A stretch of DNA of 63,960 bases, filler included, from Octopus bimaculoides (GCF_001194135.2; 6 parts of 5 records of this genome joined end to end with filler, not necessarily neighbours in it), one strand, 5' to 3'; positions 40,475-53,637 are shown, counted from the first letter of the whole stretch. Notes: generated from the sequence alone by a model not told the origin. Made by a program: numbers and translations.

Positions 40475-40705
40475 AGAGCTATCGGAATCTCAGAAATAGC
40501 AAATTATCCGAATGAAGAGTAGACAACAAACTACTCTTTAGGTCAAAGATACCTTGATTATATGAAGTTTACATTGTCGTTAGGAGATCCCATGTTAACG
40601 ACAATGAAAACTTCATAAAATCAAGGTATCCTTGGCTTGAAGAGTAGCTTGCGGTCTACCACTCCTTTGGATAATCTATTACACCTGAGGTTCCGCATAC
40701 TCCAT
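40475..40705. repeat. ~230-bp imperfect palindrome
   Basis: The core 40548-40582 pairs with 40596-40630 (35 bp, 2 mismatches, 13-nt loop). Pairing continues outward with increasing mismatches. Confidence 0.85.
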
Positions 40706-40718
40706 TCCCTGATTTTTC

Positions 40719-40795
<77 letters not shown>

Positions 40796-40805
40796 CGTAC
40801 ACACG

Positions 40806-40840
<35 letters not shown>

Positions 40841-41115
40841 ATAAATAATACAAAATGGGACAAGGACGCAAAACATTCAGACAGTTAGGTGATACACGAA
40901 AGGGACAAAACATACAGATGGACAATACAAAGTAAACACGGACAGGTCATTCGGAGTTTTCTCTCTTCAGTCGAGATCCAGATTATCCTTGCAATTTCGG
41001 CTGGTTATTCTCGATATTGCTCCAATCTGGCCAGCCCCAAGGAAAAACTAAGCTACGAGCATTAGATTCCTTGGAAGAAAGCAGCGAATATATACAAAAA
41101 CAAGGACGAAATAAA
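40841..41115. repeat. Dispersed repeat beside a microsatellite; partial copy at 5330-5440
   Basis: aaaatgggacaag.acgcaaaacat.cagacagtta.gtgatac...ggacaggtcat is present at both loci. Confidence 0.75.
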
Positions 41116-44100
41116 AAAACGCACAATGTTATGTAAATACAATAAAAATAATATATAAGTATGTATGTATCTATGTGTGTAATGGGAAAGAAAGAAAGGG
41201 AGAGAAGAGCAATGTTTTAACGCTGATTATGAATGCCAATAACATAGTCGAAGGAGTACGTCTCAGGGTAGCGTACTGCGTGCAAAATACAAGTTACTCT
41301 TGTGTCTTATGAATAATATAGTGAGACAAAAGACTTCAACTAACTGAACCTAAACCTGCAATTATCAGACGACTCCGGAAACGGGTGTTTAAAATCTAAA
41401 AACAATAAGCAAGATATGAATAATTCCTATAAGATCATTTGATCGAAAAGTTTATACAATACTCCTATATACAACACAGAATATATTTGAAATTTCAGTT
41501 TGCTCATCCCTCTTTGATTCAAAGAAATTTCTTTGATAAAGTTGTATGAATAGTAGAGATTTTTTAATACTAAATTGGACTATTTTTTAAAATTTTGTAA
41601 CTTAGAGATTAGAGTGTTACGAAGTAAAAAGCCTAGTCTTTACTTTCTTGAACACTCCTTTCTTAACCGATACACTTGAAAAGTGTGGCTTTTTATTTTT
41701 ATTTTTATCTTCTTTTCGCCATTTGATAATTTGCAATATTCAAAGGTTTTCTCATGAAAATTCGTGTCCTTGGGAATAATGTGCTTAAAACACTTAAGAA
41801 AATTGCTTAAAATTATTTTTAAAATCTACTTCAAGCAATTAGACAACAATTGTCTTACTGTCGATTTTTCGAGAAAGTAACATAGCGTCTCAGTGTTCTG
41901 CATGAATTACGCAATGACGTTATGGGGTAGGAAAGAAAAAAATATCGTTTATTTAGATATTGGGTAGAAGTTCTATTATGCATACAAAATAACTCAGGTT
42001 TAATATGTTATGATAACGTGTAGGTTGATTGGTGCACGTCAGGGTGAATGGGTGCATGATGTAGTCTTGGCTGCTCTAAATTAATACTATTATATAATTA
42101 AAGAGAAAGATTTAATTTATCCCAGTTCGTCCAGGTCACCTAGAATAATGATTTTAGTGTGTACATTAGTGCATCTTTCGAATATCTTTATACCCAAGTA
42201 ATTTTACAGCATTTATGATGATTAATTGTGTCTGGTGCTCCATACATGACATAGATTAAAGTTCCTGCGTTACCTCGACTGTTAGCAACCAACACGAGGG
42301 ACACAGAGCTACTCTGGCGTGCTTTCTAGACTGACGATCAACACCTTTTAGATCTGAAAACAATTGCAACTCTAGAAGGGCAATATCTGTGCTATGTTGC
42401 ATACAGGTTAAATAAAATTGGAATTTCATAGTTTTAGGAAATCGGTATTGATTTATGTGATGCGTATTATGACTAAAGTTGAAGAGTTACTTGGAAAGAA
42501 TCGGAACAGGGATGCGACACAAACTTCCTGAAAGGATAAAGTCTTCTTAGCGAGTTCGTCATCTTGCAACTTAAGTTCAGAAACAACAATAACTTCTTAT
42601 TTTTCTAATATTTTTATGTATAATATTTTGATGATTTTAGATTCTAAAACGCTAGAAGAATGTGCAGAGGTTATGAGCGTTGCAATGTATGAGATTGATA
42701 GAGGTGCAATCAAAATGATCGGTGTCATGGAATTATAGACCGACAATTAGAGATAAATGGGCAAGTGCAACGTATATAGATGGAGCATTTAAAGATGCCT
42801 GTCTATGTATAACAAAAAGGGAGGGAAGGCACTTCTAACCAAGAGGTCACGCAAGTTGATAGCGGCTCCCACAGATTCTGAACGGAAATATCAAAATAAT
42901 GATTACAGATAGTATGTGGTGGTGGTGGTGGTGATGCTGCTGATGATGATGATGATGAGGAGGAGGTGGATTATGATGATGATAATGATGATGATGAAAG
43001 TAGCTGAATTTACGATTTTGGATCTAGAAATCAGCTGCTGACGAAAGCTAGAGGACATTCCAAAGACAGTTTTCTTCGTGTCATCAAACAAAAGCGTTAA
43101 GAAGATTCCTTTGCCAAAAGACATTTTGATAAATTTGAATCAAATCAAACTGTAAAGAAGACAACGCCTTTTTACATACACATACACTTGACTACATAAA
43201 CATATACGTACGCGCGCGCGCGCGCGCACACATACACATACATACATACATAATTCATGCATACATACATACACGAGTGAGAGGAATATGAGGAGAATAA
43301 AAAAAGAGGCGAGGATAAAACTAAATATCTGAGAATTTAATTTGTTTAATTAATTGAACCCGAGGGGTATATTAAGTAAAATACAACACAGATGGCACCT
43401 TTGTGACTCCAAAATGTTGTTGTTCGTAATTTGGAAGTTTTACTTTTGTATCAAAATGTTTGAGGGAATGTCTCTGGTGAATGCGAATAAGGAAGTGTCA
43501 GTATATTCATTAAAACATACACTGAAGCAATTGTCATAAAACGCCCTCTCTTATTATTGTGCAGTATAAGCGGTTTAGATATAAACAAAACAACATGTTT
43601 TAATATCAGATTCAACAATTATTACAACGCAAATAAACACACGTACACACACGCACACACATTTCATAAATGCAATTATAATTATCTCCTAAACTTACAT
43701 GAAAAATGCAATTCGTACGTACATGTCTCGCAGAAGAATAGTGGCGACTTAAGAAAAGATTACATTCTATCAGGTATCGAAGGTGCCACGTAGGCTCAGA
43801 CCTGACTCAGCACATTCTGTTTCCACAATACTATAAGAGAATATTTTCAATTTTGTAAATGAAGTTTATTCTTTGAAAGAAAGATATTGTATTTGATGCA
43901 GAGGAATTGGATCAGAGACTACGAAGTAGCAGCACGAGGAAACGTTTTGACACTTCAAGACAATGCTATTATGTCAAAATGAAAGAATTTTTTATATGGT
44001 CCCTTTGAGTGTAGTTTTTCAATAATTACAGTAAAATAAGCATAGATTTTTACATACTAATGTTCTTTCTTAGCAGATTACTGTGTACCATAGTGGTTTA

Positions 44101-44138
44101 AATTCGTATCGATCTTAGCCTTTTAAAACGAGTTTAAA

Positions 44139-44730
44139 TCAGACCCATATTAGACATTGTATACTATATGAATTCAAAAGGGGCCCTTCAGCAATGGAAG
44201 CAGCGATAGATATTAATTCTTGCAATGAAAATAAATAAAACGTTAACTGTCCAGACATGCCAAACAATGGTTTGGCCATCGATGGTTTTTGCTGAGAGAA
44301 ATTTTTCTCTTGCAAAATCTCCTTGATTTGGACGTCAAGTTCAGTCTATAATAAACATCTGAAAACCGTTTTTGAGGAAAATTCAAAGCCAACAGCACGA
44401 ATATTAACAAGATAGTTCAACTGAAGTCACACTTCGATCATAAAACACATTCGTGAACTAGGAAATGTGTCTAAATTTAGTAAGTCCCTCACATGACTGC
44501 TTCTCAGCTTAATGAAAGAACTGAAAGGTAGACTTGCTACCGAAACTTTCCTCGGTACAGTCATCTCAAGTAGTGACAAGTGGATTTTCTATAATCATAT
44601 CAACAAAAATGACAATGGTTAGCATCCAGGGAAAAAGGAGAATTCATTACCAAATCAGGACTAAATCCGAAAAAATCTATATTCTATGTTTGTTGAATTA
44701 CGAAGGGTTTCATCTTTCATAAAGTGCTTA
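44139..44730 (+). pseudogene. Degenerate mariner (Tc1/mariner) transposase fragment
   Basis: Across frameshifts it reads ILYEFKRGPSAMEAAIDIN, GRQ...HLKTVFEENSKPTAR..., HTSIIKHIRELG, then DKWIFYN... and PKK. These correspond to the mariner HTH and the first catalytic Asp region (VTGDEKWIYY). Confidence 0.75.
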
Positions 44731-44889
44731 ATTAAGACGAAACAGTTAATGCAGAGAAGTAATAAAAATAGCTACAAGAAGAAGAAAGAGAAGAAGAAGA
44801 ACAACAACAACAATAAAAATAATAACGACGACGACGACGATGATGATGATGATGATGATAATAATAATAATAATAACAACAACAATACC

Positions 44890-45417
44890 GACAGAACGGC
44901 TAATCGACCAGGCTTATCGGAAGTGTTATCATGTACATTGTTTTGTCTTGGTATAAAAGATGGACTACAGCAAATATTCTGCTTTATACCACAGATTTGC
45001 TTGTCAGTTGTTTGACCTTAACCAGTTGAGCATGTCCCTTGGTGGCTGATGATATGTGCATCTTTGATCATGAGCAGAGGTAGTGGGGGAGCATCATAGC
45101 CATGTGTTGGGAGGAATAATTTGGGGTTTGAATAATTCACCTTTGGAAATATGAGTGTTTTGCTCGACATCCTTAAACAAACCTTATTCAGGGACCTTTT
45201 GAGCGGGATAGGCTACTCGACCTGAAGAAAATTCTAACTGGACCCCATCTACGAGGTCATGCGTTGTTTATTTTGATGAGATCACCATGTCGCGCACATA
45301 TGGTGGTGATGCATGTGCCTGGTGTACCCTTATCAGATGAGTAGTCATGATGGGTATACTGGGCTTCGTATATTTTACCCCAGTGTCACTTTGATGGCAT
45401 GCACTGCTCTCTCACTC
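44890..45417. mobile_element. ~530-bp non-coding repeat family adjoining (AAT)n, copy 1
   Basis: Strong similarity to 46350-46875 (e.g. ggaagtgttatcatgtacattgtttt, ataccacagatttgcttgtcagt). Ends ctcactcaataataat. Confidence 0.75.
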
Positions 45418-45473
<56 letters not shown>

Positions 45474-45476
<3 letters not shown>

Positions 45477-46290
45477 AAAAGGGTGTTGATCCAAAGTGCC
45501 GATACTGCAACTATTGGATGGAAATAGTCGACCACCTAATCTTTTGATGTAAGCTTTTAGCACCTGTAGAGTACAAATCAAGACATGAGAGTGTTGGCCA
45601 ATATCTACATTGGATAATGTGTCGGCTTTATAAAATCAAAACTACTGACAAATGGTACAAACACCAATCTAAGGCTGTAACTGAGGGAGAAAATGTAACT
45701 ATTCTTTGGGACTTCCAAGTATGTACAGACCGGACCATCAAAGCAAATAAACCAGATATTGTTGTTAAAGACAAAAGCAATAAAGTCTGTTTATTGATTG
45801 ACATACCCTGTGATCATAATATTTCGGTAAAAGAATTTGATAAACTCAGAAAATATAAAGATTTGCTGATCGAAATCGAAAGGATGTGGCATCTCAAGAC
45901 GGTTACAATATCGGTGATTGTAGGAGCACTTGAAATGATCAAAAAAGGAACTGAAAATTATTTAAGAATGGTCCCTGGCTTACCATCCATGCAGGAAGTG
46001 CAAAAGATTGTCTTAACTGGCACGTCACACATATTGAGAAGAGCATTGCAGCTGTGATTTTTTCTTTCCTTTTTTTCCCCACTTTTTTTTTTATATTTGT
46101 TTCCTTATTATTAAAAAAAAATTTTTTCCTTTTCCTCTCTGCCTCCATCTTCTTCTCTATCACATGACTTTGTAAATGAACAATCTGGTGTGTTTATTTT
46201 AATGGACTACCGATGTATACAGTACGTCTCTCTGTCCTAAGTGTCAGGAAGACACTCGGCAAGAAATGTAAACAGAATTGAAAGAAGATG
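45474..46290 (+). mobile_element. 3' fragment of an R4/Dong-like non-LTR element (restriction-like endonuclease)
   Basis: Zinc knuckle KCRYCN...VDHL...CK, then RH..VGQYLHW, ILWDFQV.TDRTIKANKPDIVV (PD..D nuclease motif), KYKDL..EI.RMW and VIVGAL. Bracketed by (AAT)n at 45418-45473 and 46295-46350. Confidence 0.88.
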
Positions 46291-46299
46291 CTAATAATG

Positions 46300-46349
<50 letters not shown>

Positions 46350-46352
<3 letters not shown>

Positions 46353-46875
46353 GCCTTGATGCCGTGCCAATCACTAGCCCTTATGGGTTTTGATTTAAAC
46401 TGACTGGAAGTGTTATCATGTACATTGTTTTATCTTGGTATAAAAGATGGGCTACAACAAATATTCTGCCCAATACCACAGATTTGCTTGTCAGTCGTTT
46501 GACCTTAACCAGTTAAGCATATCCCTTATTTGCTGACGACGTGTGTATCTTTGACCACGAGCAGAAGTAGGTGGAGAGCATCACAGTCATGTATTGAGAG
46601 TAATTCTTTGAGGTTTGAATAATTCACCTCAGGAAACATGGGTGTTTCGTTCATCATCCTTAAACGAACCTTATTCAAGGATCTTTTGAGCGAGATGGGC
46701 TACTTGACCTGAAGACAATTATAACTAGGCTCCACCTGCAAGGTCATGCGCTGTTTATCTTGATATGAGATCACCATGTCCATGTCATGTACATAGAGTT
46801 GTGATATATGTCATGCTGGATATACTGGGTTTCGTATATTTTTCCCCAGTGGTATGCACTAATCTTTCACTCAAT
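46350..46875. mobile_element. ~530-bp non-coding repeat family adjoining (AAT)n, copy 2
   Basis: Same orientation as 44890-45417, more diverged and internally deleted. Ends ttcactcaataa. Confidence 0.72.
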
Positions 46876-46906
46876 AAAGATAAAAATACTAATATTAATA
46901 ACAATT

Positions 46907-47109
46907 ATTTTTACTCTAGGCATAATACCTGAAATTTGCGGGAGTCGATTACATCGACTCCAGTGTTTCACTGGAACTTAATTTATCAACCCCAAAAGGA
47001 TGAAAGGCAAAATCGACCTCGGTGGAATTTGAACTCAGAACGTAGCGACTGGTGAAATATCACTAGGCACTTAACCGGCGTGCTAGCGATTCTGCCAGCT
47101 CACCGTCTT
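46907..47109 (-). mobile_element. Nin/Deu SINE
   Basis: ccccaaaaggatgaaaggcaaaatcgacctcggtggaatttgaactcagaacgt. Confidence 0.78.
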
Positions 47110-48059
47110 AATAATAAAATTACAAATTCGCCACACTCTTTCATTCAATGTGGCTTTTTCGGAGTGATTATAGTACACAGCATAGGTGATGTGCTCCAAC
47201 CATGTCCAATCGGTTGAGAATGTTGCATTGCAATCATGAGGTCTCGACTTCAGTCCCAGTGCTTAGCACGTTGATCAAATGATTTTTATAATGGCCACGA
47301 GTCGAGCCGATCCTTGTATGCGAAAGTGGGTCAACGGAAGTCCGTCGGTTTGATTGTGTACGTAATTCAAAGGACCAGCCTTGTTATACACTGTATCACG
47401 TTGATTATCCCTAAGAATTACATTAAGAGTGCTTACATCTTAGGAATACTCAGCTACTTACATATTAAATTCAATGAACTAGAGGTTTTGTTGATCGAAA
47501 ATTTGGAACAGACATCGTCGATATCGATGAAACACCATTATATTTGGTGGGGGGGAAAAATAAAATATATTTTACATTAGTATTGAGGAAATATTGTGCA
47601 ACAAAGAGATAATCTGCTGCTAAGACGGTAGTTTTGTTGTTGCTTTTGTTGATGGATTCGACTGCGGGAAGATGTGTGTTAAAACAGCACGCATTTGACA
47701 TTTTGTAATATTTGGTTTCGTTAACGCCTGTTAGATTTGTTGTATTCTATTATCATTTCATTATAACAAGGAACACGGAAAGAACTGAACCNNNNNNNNN
47801 NNNNNNNNNNNNNNNNNNNNNNNNNNNNNNNNNNNNNNNNNNNNNNNNNNNNNNNNNNNNNNNNNNNNNNNNNNNNNNNNNNNNNNNNNNNNNNNNNNNN
47901 NNNNNNNNNNNNNNNNNNNNNNNNNNNNNNNNNNNNNNNNNNNNNNNNNNNNNNNNNNNNNNNNNNNNNNNNNNNNNNNNNNNNNNNNNNNNNNNNNNNN
48001 NNNNNNNNNNNNNNNNNNNNNNNNNNNNNNNNNNNNNNNNNNNNNNNNNNNNNNNNNNN

Positions 48060-48096
<37 letters not shown>

Positions 48097-48779
48097 CTTA
48101 TACATATATATAGTGTGTGTGCGTGCGTGTACATATATATGCACACACACACATACACACATACGCACACAAACACACATGAGTAAATTTCTAGTTAGGA
48201 TGGGAATTTTGTCATTTGTATTTCGTTCGGTCCTCACAGTAGGAGTTCGACATAGCTATAGTAGTAGCAGTAGAAGAGGACTCTCATAATAACACTAGTT
48301 AACGTCATCTTTCGGAGGAGGGCAAAGAATATAGAAATCTCTTGTGTATTGGGAACAGTTATAGAAAGAGTATCAACAATTGAAACATTAACTGCAGCAG
48401 CTGCACCAACAACAACATCAACATAAATTATGACAAAACTAAGAAACGTTAGTTTCAATGTAAATAATAGAAAGGGTTCTCTGTGGGTTGTTACGATGAG
48501 TATTCAATCGTTCGAAAACTGAATTACAAGCTTCGTGTATTAATGTATAAAAAAGAGTTTTCTACAGAAACGGGTATCTCTCCCCACTACACGCTTACAT
48601 AATCATTCAGAATTAACATGACGAGTGTATAGCAAGGATGAATCTTCGAAATAAAGGTATAATCTATACAACAATTTCCGTCAATACAATTTCACTTGCT
48701 TGTCTCGAGTTAACTCAAGACAATGATAAAATACGCTTACCCAACATGTCGTGATGTAAGCATGTTGGGTAAGCAATTT

Positions 48780-49690
48780 TGATGGGAAGGGAAACAAATC
48801 AGTACCAACGCCCCTGGTATTTGTCAGTGCTTTATTTTATTGGAGAAAATAAAATGTAATGTCGAACACGGCAGGTTTTAAACTCAGAATGCCAAGAACC
48901 GGAACAAAAGCCCCAAAACTAATAATTCGTTTCTACTCTAGGCACAAGGCCCGAAATTTTCGAGGAATTAGATCGACCCCAGTACGCAATTGGTACTTAA
49001 TTTATCGATCTCGTTTCTGCCAGCTCGCCGCTCTCCTAAAACTAATAATTGTGAAGTGAACTTCGTAATTCTTTCGTCTTGCTATTTCTACAGTTTTAAT
49101 ATATGCATGCGATATCTTTACGTTCTGAGTTCAATTTGCGCAGAGGTCGACTTTGCCATTCATCCTTTCAGGGTCGATAAATAAAGTTATGTACTGAGGT
49201 CGATCTAACCGAATGCCCTCCCAACCCGAAAATTTCGGGGCTTGAGCCTAAAGTATAAAAAAATTAAAAAAAGGTTTTTAAATTAATGTATGCATGTGAT
49301 GTCTTTACGTTCTGAGTTTAAATTCCACCGAGGTCGACTTTGCCTGTTATCCTTTGGGGGTCAATAAATTAAGTACCAGTTGCGTACTGGGGTCGATTTA
49401 ATCTACTGGTCCATTCCCCCAAAATTTCGGGCCTTGTGCCTAGAGTAGAAAAGAATATTTGCATGCGATAAAGCGGCATGCTGGCAGAATCGTTACCGCG
49501 CCGAGCAAAATGGTCAGTTCTGTTTCGTCCGTCCTTACATTTTGAGTTCATATTTCACCGCGGTTGACATCACCTTTCATCCTTTCGGAGTCGATGAAAT
49601 AAGTACCAGTTAAACACTGAGGTCGATGTAATCGATTAAACCTCTCTTCCGAAACTGCTGACTTTGTGTCGAAATTTGAAACTAGCATAC
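48780..49690. mobile_element. Cluster of five Nin/Deu-domain SINE copies or fragments
   Basis: Minus copies at ~48780-48900 and 48925-49035. Plus copies at ~49105-49262, 49290-49455 and 49470-49685, each with gaggtcgactttgcc..tcatcctt...ggtcgataaa-type sequence. Confidence 0.8.
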
Positions 49691-50790
49691 GCATGCGATA
49701 ATGACTAAAACAAGAATGACGCTATTTTAATGAGTGTACATTAGAAAGAAGGAAAGAAAGAGGGAAAGTGAAAGACAGAGAGAGAGAGAGAGAGAGATAC
49801 GGTGTTTGTGTATTCACATGAATGACAGAGTGTGTTTGCGTGTGTTATTTTGGCAATAATACATAGAGATAATACCGAAGTAATGGCTGTGTATTCTAAC
49901 CGCTACGTAATTCATCTTTTGTTGAAGCCTCCAGTTGGACAGCAATTTGAACTTTACAATGCTTTGGTACAGAACAACAGTGGAATAAATTGCTCTCAGT
50001 ACTTAAGTGGTCCTAAGACGATGCAAGGCAAAAAAGCCATTCGATGTGCTGAGAATCATAGTCATAATATTGACTCTATGGGAAGTCATCATTATTGCAG
50101 TATCATAATTATTTCTTTAATAGTTTATGCAGCTTCTGTGTTTCCGTACATACCGGTATTGTTAATGGTAAATTTTCTGTTTTGAAGATCTCGTAACATC
50201 ACAAAATCTGCAAAAGAGCATGATTTTATAATAAAGAGTAAAAAGAAAAAATGCAAAAGACAACTTTACGGGAGTATGCATTCCGGAATCTTTGCACATT
50301 AAACTGTCAATTCTGATATCACGTAAATTAGTTTCGATTCTCTAACTTCCAACAAACAATCGTACTGAATAGTAAATTATAAATATATTTATATGGGTGT
50401 TTTATGATGTGAACTGAATTAAATATGCATGCATAATCATAATAAATTATTTTGTAAATCTATTTGTTGATAGAAATTTACCATGGAATAGTTAATAATA
50501 AATACTTCCATTAATAGACATAGCAAAAATAAACCAGCTGTACTAAAAACAGTGGACTTTGAATCCTCTCTGCCACTGTTTACTAAAACATTCACAAAAT
50601 GAGGTAATTTAGTACAAAAAGCCTTAAACATTATCTGAAACAAGAATTTACTGCCTGGGTGTAAGATGATGATTCATCAAGACAGGCTTATTTGTCATAT
50701 AAAAAACCTACAAAATATTAATGCTTGTACTTAATCTAATTAAATACTAAATAGTGCACGAAATAGCTTACAAAGTTACAATATTTAGCT

Positions 50791-51005
50791 AAGGTAGGGC
50801 GGCGAACTGGGCGAAATGCTTAGTGGTATTTCGTCTGCCGGTACGTTCTGAATTCAAATTCCACCGTGGTCGACTTTGCCTTTCATCCCTTCGGGATCGA
50901 TTAAATATGTACCAGTTACGCACTGGGGTCGATGTAATTGACTTAATACCCTTGTTTGTCCCCTCTATGTTTAGCCTCCTGTGGGCAATAAAGAAATAAA
51001 TATCT
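50791..51005 (+). mobile_element. Nin/Deu SINE
   Basis: ggtcgactttgcctttcatcccttcgggatcgattaaat. Confidence 0.78.
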
Positions 51006-51294
51006 AACTAAGGTTGTATAAATACATACAGAGACTCATAAAAACGTATCTATTTTACGAATTTCTCTACGCAAAACGTAAGGAAAAAAATAGCAAGCGA
51101 ACTGACTTTAATGTCAGCTTTATTTGCTTTCTTCGGAAGCCGTGATCTTTCTGTCCAAAGAGAAAAGCACAAAATGGGCATATGTGTCAACATATTTATT
51201 GAAATACTTCCACACCAACTGTTAAATTTTGCATTCTATAATTGAGTTGTATAGAGCACGATTTAGTATGTGTGTGTATATATATATATATATA

Positions 51295-51518
51295 TACTAG
51301 GGGACTTAAAAGTTCCTAGGTTTGGGTAAAAGAAAATACAGAACCATCAGTTAATTATGATCTCATACAGCATATTCTGCTCTCAGATTCACTTATTGCG
51401 ACGGTCCTTCAGTTTTTCTAAGTCCTCTAAAAGAACTCAGAAGTTTGGTCCTCCAACCAGGCCTGTCGTGATACCCTTAAAGCTAGGAACTTTTCAACTT
51501 TTCAGTAATCCGTCCTAT
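51295..51518 (-). mobile_element. Second copy of the mariner-derived MITE, opposite orientation
   Basis: Reverse-complement similarity to 36650-36866 (gggtaaaagaaaataca...cagttaattatg). Flanked by (TA)n. Confidence 0.72.
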
Positions 51519-51532
51519 ATATATATATATAT

Positions 51533-51923
51533 AAATTCATAAGAGTGGTACAACAAGGCACCGATATTTACTGGACAATAGCAATCGATATAAATACGAC
51601 GCTATTGTATAGCTTCACTGCGTATATACTGGCAAAAATGCGTGTGTGCAACAAACATGAAAAACTTGTCTTACCTTAGGACTAATCAGATTTACGTTGT
51701 GAAACGTATTTGAAGAGTCTGAAACCTGGGTACTGCATTATCCTTAATCTGGGTTGTCCATTTTCGAATGTTCTTCCTAAGGTAAGACAAGTTTTTCATG
51801 TTTGTTGCACACACGCATTTCTACCAGTATATACGCAGTGAAGCTATACAATAGCGTCGTATTTATATCGATTGCTATTGTCCAGTAAATATCGGTGCCT
51901 TGTTGTACCACTCTTATGAATTT
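51533..51923. repeat. Long fold-back element (~149-bp inverted arms, ~93-bp spacer)
   Basis: Arms 51533-51681 and 51775-51923 are reverse complements with only two mismatches seen. (TA)n on both sides. Confidence 0.92.
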
Positions 51924-51963
51924 ATATATATACCCTTATAAGGCTATTTTTTGNNNNNNNNNN

Positions 51964-52029
<66 letters not shown>

Positions 52030-52663
52030 GCGTGCGCGCGTGTGTGTTCATATGCATGTATATATCCATCTATATAATACATTCAATGGATACACACTAT
52101 TGATAGGTCATTTACTGCGGTTTTTCTCTTGAGATAACATCTCTTGAAGACTTGCTGTGTTAAAACACAATATCAGAAAGATACGAAAATTCGCCCCAGC
52201 ATCCGTCAGGAAATGTTTTGAATTTTCCATTTGCAGAAATACCAACAAGTTCACTACATGGAATATTTCTAAGAGACGAATATTTAACTTGTTGCTTGCG
52301 TATCGTTATCCGGTGTATTTATTTCGGTTTCGTTTGGGCAACATATTGTGATTGCACTGTGATCATGTAATGCAGTAAATGAGATCTTTTTGCTTTGATG
52401 TTCATATTTACGTTAATCTTCAGTTCATATGATGGACTCTCCCGGCGAAGACGGCGTATGAGCGTTCAGCTTTTGCCGAAGAACCTGCGCAAATGATTTG
52501 TTTACAGTGATTAAATGTTCGTGCGGCACAAGTAGTTCAGTCTCTCCATCAAATCGGCCTTATCTGGACAGGTGCACGGTGTACGACGTGTCAGGTGTCG
52601 AGGTGATCGCAAAGGAACGTGAGTGCAACACCATAACCACTAAAACATGCACCCTTATATATA

Positions 52664-53065
52664 TACTCTTTTACTATTTTACTTGTTTCAGTCATTTGAG
52701 TGCGGCCATGCTGGAGCACCGCCTTTAGTCGAGCAAATCGACCCCAGGACTTAATCTTTGTAAGCCTAGTACTTATTCTATCGGACTGTTCAGCCGAACC
52801 GCTAAGTTACGGGGACGTAAACACACCAGCATCGGTTGTCAGGCGATGTTGTGGGGACAAACAGACACACAAACATATACACACACATACATATATACAT
52901 ATATACGACGGGCTTCTTTCAGTTTCTGTCTACCAAATCCACTCACAAGGCTTTGGTCGGCCCGAGGCTATAGTAGAAGACACTTGCCCAAGGTTCCACA
53001 CAGTGGGACTGAACTCGGAACCATGTGGTTCGGAAGCAAGCTACTTACTACACAGCCACTCCTGC
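52664..53065 (-). mobile_element. Same tRNA/CORE-like SINE family
   Basis: Near-identical to 11247-11650. Confidence 0.88.
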
Positions 53066-53289
53066 AGCAATTATTTTTAACTAGATTTCTTGAGATTTGA
53101 GACCACCACCTATAAGGTGTATTGTTACTTCTCAACACCTATGTCTACTGGGCCATATACTTTAAAGAATCATTATCCACCAATGTGGTGTTGAGAACTC
53201 ATTCTCATCGTTCGATATTTACGGACACACACACACACACACACACACACATAATATCACTATCACAGTACTGATCAGACAATCGGATA

Positions 53290-53560
53290 ATGCTATACAT
53301 CGTTGGTCACAATGCTCTTCGCATTGTTTTAGCCTTCGGCTGACGCCATTCCGCTGGCCGGGCGGACAGGTCAACCTTCCTTCTAATTGGAAGACTATTC
53401 CGCCGTAGGTTACCCATTTACGACTGAGTGAACTGGAACAACGTGAAATGAAATATTTTCTTCAAGAACACGATGCGACGCGACGCCCTGTTCGGGATTC
53501 GAACACACGATCTAGTAATTGTGAGTGCAACACTCTAACCAGTAGACCACGTGCTTTCAC
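53290..53560 (-). mobile_element. Second tRNA-headed SINE family
   Basis: The minus strand begins gcacgtggtctactggttagagtgttgcactcac...gttcgaatccc, with A- and B-box-like motifs. Confidence 0.6.
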
Positions 53561-53606
53561 ACGCTCACGCGCGCGCACACACGCGTTCACGCGCACATAC
53601 AACTAG

Positions 53607-53637
<31 letters not shown>

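Noticed and set aside
40945-40970. Possible fourth hammerhead (minus strand CTGAAGA-GAG-aaaa-CTC-C-GAAT-GAC)
   Set aside because: GAAA, stem III and stem I do not fit, and it is too degenerate from one copy. Worth rechecking against a family consensus.
45300-45420. Possible HDV-like or twister ribozyme at the end of the 530-bp element
   Set aside because: A P1-like pairing (GTGCATG/CATGCAT) exists on the minus strand, but P3/L3, P1.1 and twister core elements could not be placed.
49832-50185. 117-aa ORF in unique sequence
   Set aside because: Non-ATG start, no recognisable domain or splice support; consistent with a chance ORF.
51660-51690. ctgattagtcctaagg on the minus strand resembling CUGAUGA-GUCC
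   Set aside because: No GAAA or stem III follows.
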